Assembly (NCBI GenBank): GCA_016936575.1
Contig: JAFGXQ010000045.1
Location: 70,664-134,663 of the forward strand
Origin: Deltaproteobacteria bacterium
GTDB lineage: Bacteria > Myxococcota_A > Polyangia > JAAYKL01
Length of the DNA: 64,000 bases
Reading direction: 5' to 3'
The notes below the pieces were generated by a model, which did no database searches, was not told where the DNA came from, and was given only the letters and a program-made list of their open reading frames with translations. Position 1 is the stretch's first letter; each line of letters begins with the position of its first letter. The translations under genes and the position numbers were made by a program. Of this stretch, positions 37,441 through 47,201 are shown piece after piece.

Positions 37441-39036
37441 ATGAAAAAAATACTAGCATTTGTATTTGTTGCGGCTTCTGTAGCCATGTTCGCCGTGGGT
37501 TGCGGCCCGAAAAAAAATGGTGGAGATTCGAAACCGGCAGAAGTAAAAGAAGAAGTGACCATCGACCTCTTCGTGATGTCTCAATGCCCCTATGGTGTTC
37601 AAGCAGTTGACGGATTTTATCCGTTACTGGAGAAGTTCGGCGGTCAGGTCGGCCTTAATGTAAATTATATCGGACAGAAAAAACCCGATGGTTCTCTCTC
37701 CAGTATGCACGGAGAAAAAGAAGTTCAGGGTGATATCAGTCAACTCTGCGCCAAAGAGATCGCGCCTTCAAAAAAAGAATACTGGGCATACATGACCTGC
37801 GTGAACGAAAAATGGCGGGAAATCCCCCAACACGATGCAGAATGCGCCACAACCGCCAAACTCGATGCCGCCAAATTCAAAGCATGCACAGAAGGCGAAC
37901 AAGGCAAAAAACTGCTTTCTGCCAGCTTTGACTTGGCCAAAACCAAAGGCGCCACCGGCAGCCCCTCAATCTTCATCGGTGAAGAGCGCTACAGCGGAAA
38001 TCGTTCCGACAAAGCGTTGGAGCAGTACATCTGCAATAAATTCGGCAAAGAAAAAGGTCTGAATTACTGCAATAACATGGAGCCTCCGGCAGAAGTGAAA
38101 CTGATTGCCATCACCGACAAGCGCTGCGGCGCGCCCTGCGACACCAGCAAAATGATCCAGAGCCTCAACGGTATCTTCATGGGCCTCAAACCCACCGTTA
38201 TGGATTGGTCCGACGCAGAAGCACAGAAAATCGCAAAAGCCGCCAATGTTACCAAACTTCCCGCCCTGCTGTTCGACGGCAGTGTTGAAAAAGACGATGG
38301 TGGATTCAAACACATGCAGCGCTGGCTCACCAAAACCGGCGACTACTATTTGGTTAAAGTAAAAGCCGATTTCGACCCCAATGCTGAAATCTGTGACAAC
38401 AAAAAAGATGACACCGGCAACGGTCTGGTCGATTGCGATGACGAGAGCTGCAAAAACACCCTCACCTGCCGTCCCCAGACTGAGAAAACCCTCGAAGTGT
38501 TCGTAATGAGCCAATGCCCCTTCGGCGCCATGGCCGTAAATGCGATGGGCGAGGTTCTCGAGGCATTCGGCAGCGACATGGACTTCCAGCTCCATTTCAT
38601 CGGCAACATGGCCGGGGACAAAATCTCCTCCATGCACGGTCAATCGGAAGTGGATGAAAATATTCGTTGGGCATGTGCGAAAAAACTGTATCCCAACAAC
38701 AACGATTACCTGAAATACGTATGGTGTCGTGCGGAAGACTACAAAAACCCCGATTGGAAAAAATGTGCGACCGGCCCCATCAAGGCCGCCGCCATCGAGA
38801 AATGCTTTAACGAAGAAGGCACTGAGCTGCTGAAAGAAGATATCGCGATTGCCAACGGTCTGGGCATCGGCGCCAGCCCCACCTGGATTGTAAACGGCAC
38901 CACCAAATTCAGCGGTGTAACCCCCAAAGCGATTCAGGACAACTTCTGCAAAGCCAATGCCGGCCTCAAAGGCTGTGATAAACCGCTTTCCAATGATCGC
39001 GCCAGCAAGGCACCGGCCGGTTCCTGTGGCGGTTGA
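37441..39036 (+). CDS. Lipoprotein with two tandem GILT/DsbA-like thioredoxin-fold domains (CXXC degenerated to CP(Y/F)G) joined by a MopE-like Cys motif
   Basis: Lipobox FAVGC. There is an internal duplication: IDLFVMSQCPYGVQAV...LSSMHGEKEVQGDISQLCAKE versus LEVFVMSQCPFGAMAV...ISSMHGQSEVDENIRWACAKK. The linker is CDNKKDDTGNGLVDCDDESC. Confidence 0.5.
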   Translation: MKKILAFVFVAASVAMFAVGCGPKKNGGDSKPAEVKEEVTIDLFVMSQCPYGVQAVDGFYPLLEKFGGQVGLNVNYIGQKKPDGSLSSMHGEKEVQGDISQLCAKEIAPSKKEYWAYMTCVNEKWREIPQHDAECATTAKLDAAKFKACTEGEQGKKLLSASFDLAKTKGATGSPSIFIGEERYSGNRSDKALEQYICNKFGKEKGLNYCNNMEPPAEVKLIAITDKRCGAPCDTSKMIQSLNGIFMGLKPTVMDWSDAEAQKIAKAANVTKLPALLFDGSVEKDDGGFKHMQRWLTKTGDYYLVKVKADFDPNAEICDNKKDDTGNGLVDCDDESCKNTLTCRPQTEKTLEVFVMSQCPFGAMAVNAMGEVLEAFGSDMDFQLHFIGNMAGDKISSMHGQSEVDENIRWACAKKLYPNNNDYLKYVWCRAEDYKNPDWKKCATGPIKAAAIEKCFNEEGTELLKEDIAIANGLGIGASPTWIVNGTTKFSGVTPKAIQDNFCKANAGLKGCDKPLSNDRASKAPAGSCGG

Positions 39037-39200
39037 TATTGACCGTCCGATAGCTTCGCGGCGATTCCCTCGCCTCCCGCTCTCCACAGCAACTTGATAT
39101 CCGCCGATTAAACCTGTCGTTTTTAACTGATATTTGCACTGGTTTATGTTTAAACCAACATGAATCCTTTGTAACAGCATATGCATGAACTGGAGACGTT

Positions 39201-39959
39201 ATGACCAACCGAAACGACATCGTATCATTTTTAGACGACTATCTGGCAATCAACCAAATCAGCGATAAATCAATGAACGGCCTACAAGTGGAAGGTGCGA
39301 CCGAAATTACCAAAGTGGCCCTGGCAACAGACGCGGCTCTGGCCACCTATGAGAAAGCATCCGCTCAACACGCGGAGATGCTTATTGTTCATCACGGTTT
39401 TATATGGGGCGGAATCAGATACATTACCGGCCGCAATTTTGAGCACATCAAGTATCTAATAAACAACGATTTAAATCTTTACGCGGCGCATCTGCCGTTG
39501 GACATGCATCCGGAAGTCGGAAACAACGCGCTGCTGGCAAACATGGTCGGATTGAAACGAATCAAACCGTTTGGCGAATATATGGGTACGAGTGTGGGGT
39601 TTGCGGGATTGCTGCCGGAGCCCATGTCACTTGCCCAATTAGAAACGCTGTACTCCACCAAACTGAATACCACCGCGCAGACCATTGCATTCGGACCTGA
39701 CCAGATTTCATCGGTGGCAATCGTTTCAGGCGGTGGTGCTTCCACGTTGGGCGAGGCGATAGCGAAGGGTTTTGACTGTTTGATAACGGGCGAAGGTTCG
39801 CACGACAAATATCACGAAGCCCGAGAAGGAAACATTCACCTGATGTATTTGGGGCACTACAAAACAGAAACCTGCGGTGTCATCGCCCTGGGTGATAAAT
39901 TGAAAGAAGAGTTTCCAAAGCTGGAAACCGTATTTATTGACGAGCCGACCGGATATTAA
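39201..39959 (+). CDS. NIF3-family metal-binding protein (GTP cyclohydrolase I type 2 / YbgI-like)
   Basis: SD GGAGA. It has DKSMNGLQVEG...KVALATDAALATYEKA...MLIVHHGFIWGG...LYAAHLPLDMHPEVGNN...GEGSHDKYHEA..., typical of NIF3. Confidence 0.85.
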   Translation: MTNRNDIVSFLDDYLAINQISDKSMNGLQVEGATEITKVALATDAALATYEKASAQHAEMLIVHHGFIWGGIRYITGRNFEHIKYLINNDLNLYAAHLPLDMHPEVGNNALLANMVGLKRIKPFGEYMGTSVGFAGLLPEPMSLAQLETLYSTKLNTTAQTIAFGPDQISSVAIVSGGGASTLGEAIAKGFDCLITGEGSHDKYHEAREGNIHLMYLGHYKTETCGVIALGDKLKEEFPKLETVFIDEPTGY

Positions 39960-40099
39960 CAGGCTCCCCCCTGCCCTCGCATACAATTCACCGTTTATTA
40001 ATGAATTTCGCCCAATAGACATCCCGCGCTGCAAACCGTCAATCGCCCGATTCCCTGAACAATTTCACCATTCCACTTGTGCAGCCGCGGCTGAAGCGT

Positions 40100-40126
40100 A
40101 AAAAAAAACGTCGCGACCCATGCGAC
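40100..40126 (-). terminator. Candidate rho-independent terminator about 240 nt downstream of meaB
   Basis: The minus strand reads GTCGC-atgggtc-GCGAC-G-TTTTTTTTT, a 5-bp GC-rich stem followed by U9. The stem is short, so confidence is moderate. Confidence 0.4.
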
Positions 40127-40150
40127 CTACACTGTCATCTTGCCCGGAAA

Positions 40151-40257
40151 CCGTAGCGACACACGTGACCTCATCGTGATCTCCAAAAATATCCGTGGTG
40201 ACACACGTGACCCCATCGTTATTTTTCACTAAAATTATCGTGGCACATGTACCCCCT
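40151..40257. repeat. Degenerate tandem repeat with a CACGTG core (two 27-nt copies 24/27 identical, 42-nt period, plus a decayed third copy)
   Basis: ccgtagcgacacacgtgacctcatcgt (40151-40177), ccgtggtgacacacgtgaccccatcgt (40193-40219), and cgtggcacatgtaccccc (about 40238-40257). It lies between the meaB stop and the candidate terminator. Confidence 0.8.
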
Positions 40258-40364
40258 CCATTCATTCCACAGAAAAATGGTAGGACAAGCGGTAAAACAC
40301 CGTTATTTTCATATTAAAAGTCAAACGCTGAGAATGACATTGAAGGGCGAAGGATATTTCGTCT

Positions 40365-41369
40365 TTACTCGGTTTTCCATGCCGCGAGAATTGTTTGAAT
40401 AGCCTCGACGAGGGTTGTTTTGCCGGAAAGAAAAGCATCTTCTGTAGCGGAAAGGGCTTGCTTGACATTGTCATCGGCAAAAAAACGGGCCTGCAGTTGC
40501 GAGGCCAGACGCAACCGCAGCCATTGGCGTTGCTGTTTTTGACGGCGGTCAGTGAATGTGCCGCGGGATGTAGTGGCTTCAACGAACTGCTGCACAACTG
40601 CCCATGCGGTTTCCATACCGCTATGTTCAAGCGCTGAGCACACATCCACCGACGTTTTCCAACCCGACGTCGCAGCGCGCATAAACTCAATGGATTGCTG
40701 ATATTCGTTACGTGCGGCATCGGCTGACATGCGGTTTTCGCCGTCGGCTTTGTTGATTAGAATGTGATCAGCCAATTCCATAATTCCGCGCTTCATTCCC
40801 TGCAGATTGTCTCCCGCATTCGGTAACATAAGCAGTAAAAAGAAATCCACCAAATCCCGCACGGTCACTTCGTTCTGCCCAACCCCTACCGTCTCTACCA
40901 GAACCACATCAAACCCCGCAGCCTCACACAATAAAATGGTCTCTGTGGTGTTGGCCGCCACTCCCCCCAATGCACCCTTTGATGGAACCGGGCGAATAAA
41001 ACAATCCCGATTCCGCACCAGTGTTTCCATACGCGTCTTATCACCGAGAATTGAACCGCCCGAAATCGAGCTGCTTGGGTCTACCGCAATCACGGCTACT
41101 TTTTTTCCAATCGACAAGAGGTAACTACCGAATGCTTCGATAAACGTGCTCTTTCCCACTCCAGGTACACCGGTGATTCCAATGCGCACAGTGTTTCGCG
41201 GCACAGACACAAATCGACCCAACAATTCACCCGCCAGCTCCATGTGGTCCAGATGACTGCTTTCCACCAATGTGATGGCGCGCCCCAGCGCTGTGCGATC
41301 GCCTTCAAGAACGCCTTGCACCAGCTGTTCAATAGATAACGACGGTCGCTTCGCAGAGGGGAAGGTCAT
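40365..41369 (-). CDS. meaB: Methylmalonyl-CoA mutase-associated G-protein chaperone MeaB (ArgK family)
   Basis: From track ORF 40365..41408. The ATG at 41369 lies 4 nt after the mutB stop. P-loop GITGVPGVGKSTFIEAFG, then ETVGVGQNE and NKADG. Confidence 0.9.
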   Translation of the reverse strand: MTFPSAKRPSLSIEQLVQGVLEGDRTALGRAITLVESSHLDHMELAGELLGRFVSVPRNTVRIGITGVPGVGKSTFIEAFGSYLLSIGKKVAVIAVDPSSSISGGSILGDKTRMETLVRNRDCFIRPVPSKGALGGVAANTTETILLCEAAGFDVVLVETVGVGQNEVTVRDLVDFFLLLMLPNAGDNLQGMKRGIMELADHILINKADGENRMSADAARNEYQQSIEFMRAATSGWKTSVDVCSALEHSGMETAWAVVQQFVEATTSRGTFTDRRQKQQRQWLRLRLASQLQARFFADDNVKQALSATEDAFLSGKTTLVEAIQTILAAWKTE

Positions 41370-41373
41370 CGGC

Positions 41374-43539
41374 TCACTCGTGCCCGAGGCGTTGTGACAG
41401 ACTGGCAAGAATTTTCAATGCGGCATTAGGGATCACGGTTCCCGGGCCGAACACTTCAGCAGCGCCGTTGTCTTTCAAGAACGCCACATCGGCAGGCGGA
41501 ATCACGCCGCCGGCAATGATCATGATGTCTTCGCGTTGGTACCGCTTCAGTTCCTCCACCAGAGCAGTCAGTAAGGTCTTGTGTCCTCCAGCCAAAGAGC
41601 TCATCCCAATCACATGCACATCGTTTTCAACTGCCTGCTGTGCGGTTTCTGCCGGTGTCTGAAACAGAATACCCACGTCCACATCAAATCCGAAATCCGC
41701 GAAGGCTGTTGCGATTACTTTGGCACCGCGATCATGTCCGTCCTGCCCCATCTTTGCCACCAGCAACCTCGGACGACGCCCCTCCTGTACTTCAAATGCT
41801 TCGACGCTACTGCGGATACGATCAATCACTTCTTTTTCCATAAACTCTCCTCCATACACCCCTTTTACTGCCTGTACCTGCGCCTGATGACGTCCAAACA
41901 CTTTCTCCATCGCACCGGTAATCTCGCCCAGCGTCGCCCGCGCCCGGGCTGCAGCAACACTTAATTCAAGTAAATTTCCATCACTCGACTCCGCACAACG
42001 GGTAATGGCCGAAAGCGCATCTTCCACGGCCTGTGCATCACGTTGTGCACGCAGCTGCTTCAATCGCGCCACCTGAGCGTCCCGCACTTCGGTGTTGTCG
42101 ACCTCCAGGCTTTCAATTTCTTCTTCCTCTTCAAGCGAATATAGATTCACGCCAACGATGGGTTCCACTCCGCTGTCGATGCGTGCCTGCCGCCGTGCCG
42201 CCGCCTCTTCGATGCGCATTTTGGGCACGCCGGTCTCAATCGCCTTGGCCATGCCGCCCAGCTTCTCGATTTCAACAATGTGCCGCCACGCCTGTTTCAT
42301 AATTTGATCGGTCAGGTATTCCACATAGTACGAACCGCCGAAGGGATCTACCGTGTTGCAGATACCGGTCTCTTCCTGCAGGTACAACTGTGTGTTTCGC
42401 GCGATACGCGCAGATCGTTCTGTCGGTAGCGAAAGCGCTTCATCGAGTGAATTGGTATGCAGTGACTGCGTTCCGCCGAATGCCGCCGCCATGGCCTCCA
42501 CACAGGTCCTCGCGATATTGTTGTATGGGTCCTGAGCAGTCAAACTCCAGCCCGATGTTTGAGTATGGGTGCGCAATGCCATCGATTTCGGATTTCGTGC
42601 CCCCAAAGACTTCACCAATTTTGCCCACAGTACCCGTGCGGCGCGCATTTTGGCAATCTCCAGAAAAAAATCTTTTCCCGTGGCCCAGAAAAACGAAATA
42701 CGCGGTGCAAACACATCAATATCAACCCCGGCTTGAATGCCGGTGCGCAGATATTCCAGCCCGTCGGCCAAGGTGTACGCCATTTCTAAATCGGGCGTGG
42801 CACCCGCTTCCTGCATATGATACCCGGATACCGAAATATTGTTGAATTTAGGCATGTATGCCGACGTGTACTTAAAAATGTCGGCGATAATTCTCATGGA
42901 CGGCGCGGGAGGATAAATATACGTATTTCGTACCATGTACTCTTTTAAGATATCGTTCTGAATTGTGCCGGTCAGCTGTTCGAGCGCCACCCCCTGCTCC
43001 ATGGCTGCCACAATATAAAACGCCATAATGGGCAGAACCGCCCCGTTCATGGTCATCGACACACTCATGCGATCGAGTGGAATCTGATCGAACAAAATAT
43101 TCATGTCCAAAATTGAATCGACCGCCACCCCGGCTTTTCCCACATCGCTGATCACCCGCTCATGCTCGGAATCGTAGCCGCGGTGCGTGGCCAAATCGAA
43201 TGCAATGGACAGCCCCATCTGCCCGGCGGCGAGATTCTTTTTGTAAAATTCGTTACTTTTTTCGGCGGTTGAAAAACCGGCATATTGCCGCACTGTCCAA
43301 GGCCGAGTGACGTACATCGAGGCATACGGTCCCCTTAAATACGGAGGAATTCCCGCAGTGAACCCCAGGTGAGAAATACCGGTGATATCATTCTGAGAAA
43401 ATATTTTTCGCTCATTCTCCCCTTCCTCCGTCGAAGTGGAAAATCCGACGACTGTTTCTTTCGTGACCGTTTGCATCGCTTTTTTTAATGACGCATACGA
43501 AATACCGGAAAGCGCTGTGCGCGAAGTTGACCTACTCAT
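41374..43539 (-). CDS. mutB: Methylmalonyl-CoA mutase large (alpha) subunit, B12-binding
   Basis: From track ORF 41374..43608. The ATG at 43539 is preceded by GGAGG and overlaps the mutA stop (ATGAGTAG). It has [30 protein letters not shown] and the C-terminal B12 motif [14 protein letters not shown]. Confidence 0.9.
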   Translation of the reverse strand: MSRSTSRTALSGISYASLKKAMQTVTKETVVGFSTSTEEGENERKIFSQNDITGISHLGFTAGIPPYLRGPYASMYVTRPWTVRQYAGFSTAEKSNEFYKKNLAAGQMGLSIAFDLATHRGYDSEHERVISDVGKAGVAVDSILDMNILFDQIPLDRMSVSMTMNGAVLPIMAFYIVAAMEQGVALEQLTGTIQNDILKEYMVRNTYIYPPAPSMRIIADIFKYTSAYMPKFNNISVSGYHMQEAGATPDLEMAYTLADGLEYLRTGIQAGVDIDVFAPRISFFWATGKDFFLEIAKMRAARVLWAKLVKSLGARNPKSMALRTHTQTSGWSLTAQDPYNNIARTCVEAMAAAFGGTQSLHTNSLDEALSLPTERSARIARNTQLYLQEETGICNTVDPFGGSYYVEYLTDQIMKQAWRHIVEIEKLGGMAKAIETGVPKMRIEEAAARRQARIDSGVEPIVGVNLYSLEEEEEIESLEVDNTEVRDAQVARLKQLRAQRDAQAVEDALSAITRCAESSDGNLLELSVAAARARATLGEITGAMEKVFGRHQAQVQAVKGVYGGEFMEKEVIDRIRSSVEAFEVQEGRRPRLLVAKMGQDGHDRGAKVIATAFADFGFDVDVGILFQTPAETAQQAVENDVHVIGMSSLAGGHKTLLTALVEELKRYQREDIMIIAGGVIPPADVAFLKDNGAAEVFGPGTVIPNAALKILASLSQRLGHE

Positions 43540-45646
43540 GGACGCCTCCATTCTCGTCAGCGGCCCCTTCTCCGCAAATCCTGTGTACCAGTTGCGACAA
43601 CAGTTCATAATGATCCGACCCCAAATAAATGAAGTGCTTCATTCCCGCGTCGCGTAACGCCGACTCCAACGCCCCGGGGCGGCCGGCCAACACCAACTCC
43701 GCGTTGCTTTTCTTTTTCAACTCGGTGGCCAGCAAAACAGCCGATTCGGCATAGGCTTCGTCAGTCGAACATAATACAAACACATGCGCCGTCATCGATA
43801 CGGCGGCATCCACCAGAGCAGATACCTCGTCGCAAGCGGCCGATTCAATTATCCTGAACCCGGCGGCATTGAAAAACGACCTCGAAAAATCCGTCCGCGG
43901 CTTGCTCTGCCGCAGTGTTCCCAGGCGCAACAATCCGACAGTGCAAGGCTCCAGCGATGTCTCCGCAAAGATTCGAACCCGACGGCGAAGCTGTTCATAG
44001 GCATACGTCAGTCTCCGCTTCGGAATCGGAGACACCTTTACCGGTTCCCCTTGCTTCACCGCGTGGTTTACTTCACTAAAAATTGCCCCGGATTGAAGCG
44101 CATTAACCGCAACCGCAATTACATTGTCATCATCGAGGGACAATCCAATCGAATGGCTCTGCCGAACAGAACCATCAACCTTCGCCCGCGCTGCATCTCG
44201 GGCAGGGACCTTCTCATATGCATTATCCGCCGCATCAAACGCCACAAAATCATTTACACCGATCATTTTTCGCTTTCGACGATTCAACGCTGACTGCTGA
44301 GTATTCCATGTCTCAGCGATTGCTGCCTGAACATATTCATTTTTCAGCGCGGCAACGATGCCGCCTTCTTTATCAATTTGCCCCACGCGGCGCCATGCGG
44401 CTTCCGCGATGGCATCTGTCAGGTACTCCACATAATAACTTCCACCACATGGGTCTGCCACATCGCCGAGCTTGCACTCCTGCTGCAGTACTACCTGAGT
44501 ATTTCGCGCAATCCGCTGCGCGAAAGCCCCACCGCCGAACCAGGATTCATCAAACGGTGCGGTATGCACACTTCTCGCGCCGCCCAACGCACCGCTCATG
44601 GTTGCGGTTATGCCCCTCAACGTATTTATCAACGGTTCATCCACCGAAGCATAAAAACGCGATGTACGCGCACGAATAACAATGTCATCCGGAACCTCTC
44701 CCCCCAACGATTTCACCAGCCCGGCGAATAACAGCCTCAATGCCCGTTGTTTGGCAATGTCTTCAAAGAAATCGCCTCCCACCGACAACTGAAACACCAT
44801 CTGGCCAGCAGCAGCATTCAATGAAATTCCACGCTCCGACAACGCTGCCAGATAGGCCGCGGCTTCACTAAGGCAGCATGCCAGTTCCATAGAAGCGCTG
44901 CTTCCACCTGCCTGATATACGGTGCCGTCGATTAGAATCACGCGGAGCCGTGGTGTCACTTCTTCTGCCCAGCGAATCAATACCGCGGTCTCATCGAACA
45001 GCGCGGTTTCGTCACACGGCACAGTTCCCGTCGCAGCCAATTGACTCAAGGGCGAAAACCCGAGTCCACCAGCCAGTTCGCCTGGTTCGCGCTGATGCAT
45101 AAGACAAACCGCGTGCAACAGAGAGGCGGCAGCGATTCCCGCACTTTGACAATACAACCGAATCGGCAAATTAAATAATTCTGCCGGCAGCGCTTCAGCC
45201 ATATCGCTGACAGTTTGAATGGAAACACCGACATCAGCAGTCTGGTCGGACACATCAACTCCGGCTGCCGACGATTGCTCCAACACCAATTGAATTTCAG
45301 TCAATCCAACAGCCAAATCTTTTTTTACCTGAGCCGCAAACGACGCGGGCGAGGCACATTGGTAGACCTGACCGATGTGCCAGTGCTCATGCTCAGCCTG
45401 ACCGTGTCTTCGTCCCGTACGCACAACAGAAGGGGCCGTCTGTTCAACCGCCTGATTTTCTTCAGTAAATATTGAATCCAGCGTTATTCCATCGAGATTG
45501 GTCCGTACAAGTAATTTATCGTATGGAGCCCCTTTCAGACCCTTTGTTACGGCGTCTTTCCATTCTGAGAAAGTCGACCTGGCAAAAGAGGTTATATTTG
45601 GTTCGGTTTCATTTTCTGCAATTGGTTTTAAATGTTTCAGTGTCAT
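43532..45646 (-). CDS. mutA: Methylmalonyl-CoA mutase small (beta) subunit
   Basis: From track ORF 43532..45694, with the likely start at the ATG at 45646 ([13 protein letters not shown]). It has a mutase-fold N-terminal barrel ([34 protein letters not shown]) and lacks the DxHxxG cobalamin His motif. Confidence 0.75.
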   Translation of the reverse strand: MTLKHLKPIAENETEPNITSFARSTFSEWKDAVTKGLKGAPYDKLLVRTNLDGITLDSIFTEENQAVEQTAPSVVRTGRRHGQAEHEHWHIGQVYQCASPASFAAQVKKDLAVGLTEIQLVLEQSSAAGVDVSDQTADVGVSIQTVSDMAEALPAELFNLPIRLYCQSAGIAAASLLHAVCLMHQREPGELAGGLGFSPLSQLAATGTVPCDETALFDETAVLIRWAEEVTPRLRVILIDGTVYQAGGSSASMELACCLSEAAAYLAALSERGISLNAAAGQMVFQLSVGGDFFEDIAKQRALRLLFAGLVKSLGGEVPDDIVIRARTSRFYASVDEPLINTLRGITATMSGALGGARSVHTAPFDESWFGGGAFAQRIARNTQVVLQQECKLGDVADPCGGSYYVEYLTDAIAEAAWRRVGQIDKEGGIVAALKNEYVQAAIAETWNTQQSALNRRKRKMIGVNDFVAFDAADNAYEKVPARDAARAKVDGSVRQSHSIGLSLDDDNVIAVAVNALQSGAIFSEVNHAVKQGEPVKVSPIPKRRLTYAYEQLRRRVRIFAETSLEPCTVGLLRLGTLRQSKPRTDFSRSFFNAAGFRIIESAACDEVSALVDAAVSMTAHVFVLCSTDEAYAESAVLLATELKKKSNAELVLAGRPGALESALRDAGMKHFIYLGSDHYELLSQLVHRICGEGAADENGGVHE

Positions 45647-45820
45647 CGTTCTTTCTTCTATCGAAAAACAGAAAAATTGGAACTCACATAACACCTATTC
45701 CGCGCTGTGTTGTCAATTCTACAATGATGTGCTATTCGAGTTTTTATGAAGTTTTTTAATTTGACTGCACATAAAAAACGCCTACGTTAATGGGTAAATG
45801 ACTTTCAATGGAGCGAGAAT

Positions 45821-46735
45821 TTGAGTTTCGAACACCTAACTCCAACCGAAGTACCTGAAGCGATCGAATCTATTGCATCTTCTCGCATCATCCGTGCCGG
45901 AGCCGACAGATTACAGGGACAAATCCTGAACGGCAAGTATCGTCTCACATCCATTCTCTCCAAGGGCGGTGCGGGATCGGTGTACCTCGCCAGAAACGTG
46001 GAATCCGGTTCACTCGTTGCCATTAAAATACTTCGTTCCGATCTCAATCTGGTTCCCCGGGTTCGAGAACGGTTCCTGACGGAATCCAGAGCCGCTGCCC
46101 GTATTCGACACCCTGCAGTGGTACACGCCATCGAGTTGGGAGAAACCGCGGAAGGGGCACTCTTTTTCGTAATGGATTACGTTCCCGGCCCCCCACTTCG
46201 CAAGCTGCTGAATAGTCATACACTGACCATACAACAATCTGTTTTGATTGCTGCGGCAACCGCAGAAGGATTGAAAGCAGCTCATACTCAGGATGTTGTA
46301 CACCGCGACTTGAAACCGGAAAACATTTTAATTCCCCGAAACAAAAACGCCGGAAGCGTGGTAAAAATCGTCGATTTCGGCATTGCCAGGCTTCTGAATA
46401 CCCCGCGTATCACCACCACAGAACACATTCTGGGAACACCCAGCTATCTGTCGCCCGAACAGGCCGAAGGCCTAAGCATCGATCGTCGAACAGACATCTA
46501 TTCGCTGGGCATCATCATGTACGAAATGCTGACCGGTAGCGTACCATTTCAGGGCGATACCACCGAAGAACTGCTTGATGCACAGATACGGCGAATTCCC
46601 ACCCCCATACACAATCGAGTATTGAAACCCCTTCCTCACCCCCTTGAACAGCTCGTCATGGGATGTCTGCAGAAAAATCCGGACCACCGCCCCAACAGCA
46701 TGGACGAAGTATTGGCCATTCTTTCGATTGTGTAA
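45821..46735 (+). CDS. Hanks-type Ser/Thr protein kinase (kinase domain only)
   Basis: TTG start 7 nt after GGAG. Motifs: GGAGSVYLA, VAIK, HRDLKPENIL, DFGIA, GTPSYLSPE. Confidence 0.85.
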   Translation: MSFEHLTPTEVPEAIESIASSRIIRAGADRLQGQILNGKYRLTSILSKGGAGSVYLARNVESGSLVAIKILRSDLNLVPRVRERFLTESRAAARIRHPAVVHAIELGETAEGALFFVMDYVPGPPLRKLLNSHTLTIQQSVLIAAATAEGLKAAHTQDVVHRDLKPENILIPRNKNAGSVVKIVDFGIARLLNTPRITTTEHILGTPSYLSPEQAEGLSIDRRTDIYSLGIIMYEMLTGSVPFQGDTTEELLDAQIRRIPTPIHNRVLKPLPHPLEQLVMGCLQKNPDHRPNSMDEVLAILSIV

Positions 46736-46749
46736 TGTTCAAAGCGAAC

Positions 46750-47139
46750 TCATTCGGCGGACTTGTTTAGGATTTGTTCAATTTTTTCTACGTAGGTATT
46801 CAATTCGAAGACCGGCTTTTTCAATACATTGGTGTCCTGGATACCCAATTTTTGCAATGGGGCACTCACTCGATAATCCAATGTTCCGGTTTGGATAAGA
46901 AATTTCATGTGACCGCATATTTCATGTGCAGCCAGCATGAAATCCTCACCATTCATCTCGGGCATACGAATATCGACGACAGCAATATCAAAGCACGCAC
47001 CCGATTTCAGCAATTGCAGTGCGGAAATCGCACTTTCAGCGGTCTGTACTTCAAAGTCGCAGTCTTCTAAATACTGTTCAAGGCTGTCTCGGACAACCGC
47101 TTCGTCGTCCACTACAAGTATGCGTTTTTCTTCTGTCAT
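46750..47139 (-). CDS. Stand-alone response-regulator receiver (CheY-like)
   Basis: KRILVVDDEAVVRDSL...FDIAVVDIRMPEMNG...KFLIQTG...KKP. Confidence 0.85.
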   Translation of the reverse strand: MTEEKRILVVDDEAVVRDSLEQYLEDCDFEVQTAESAISALQLLKSGACFDIAVVDIRMPEMNGEDFMLAAHEICGHMKFLIQTGTLDYRVSAPLQKLGIQDTNVLKKPVFELNTYVEKIEQILNKSAE

Positions 47140-47201
47140 ATTTTCTCATCCCCCGGATTCGCAATAATCCATTGATTGCGTTTATTTCACATAAATAATC
47201 C

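Noticed and set aside
37966-39186. 406-aa minus-strand ORF
   Set aside because: It is fully antisense to the GILT-like lipoprotein gene, which has a lipobox, an internal duplication and conserved motifs. The antisense product is G/A/V/F-rich with no recognisable features.
40151-40257. Possible mini-CRISPR array
   Set aside because: There are only 2 good copies plus 1 degenerate copy of a 27-nt unit, with 15-19-nt 'spacers', no cas genes and no leader. This does not fit a CRISPR array.
40065-40265. 66-aa minus-strand ORF covering the CACGTG repeats (peptide repeats GVTCVTT / EVTCVAT)
   Set aside because: There is no SD. The candidate terminator hairpin and U9 lie inside it, and its repeat structure is explained by the DNA repeat. 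It is more likely non-coding.
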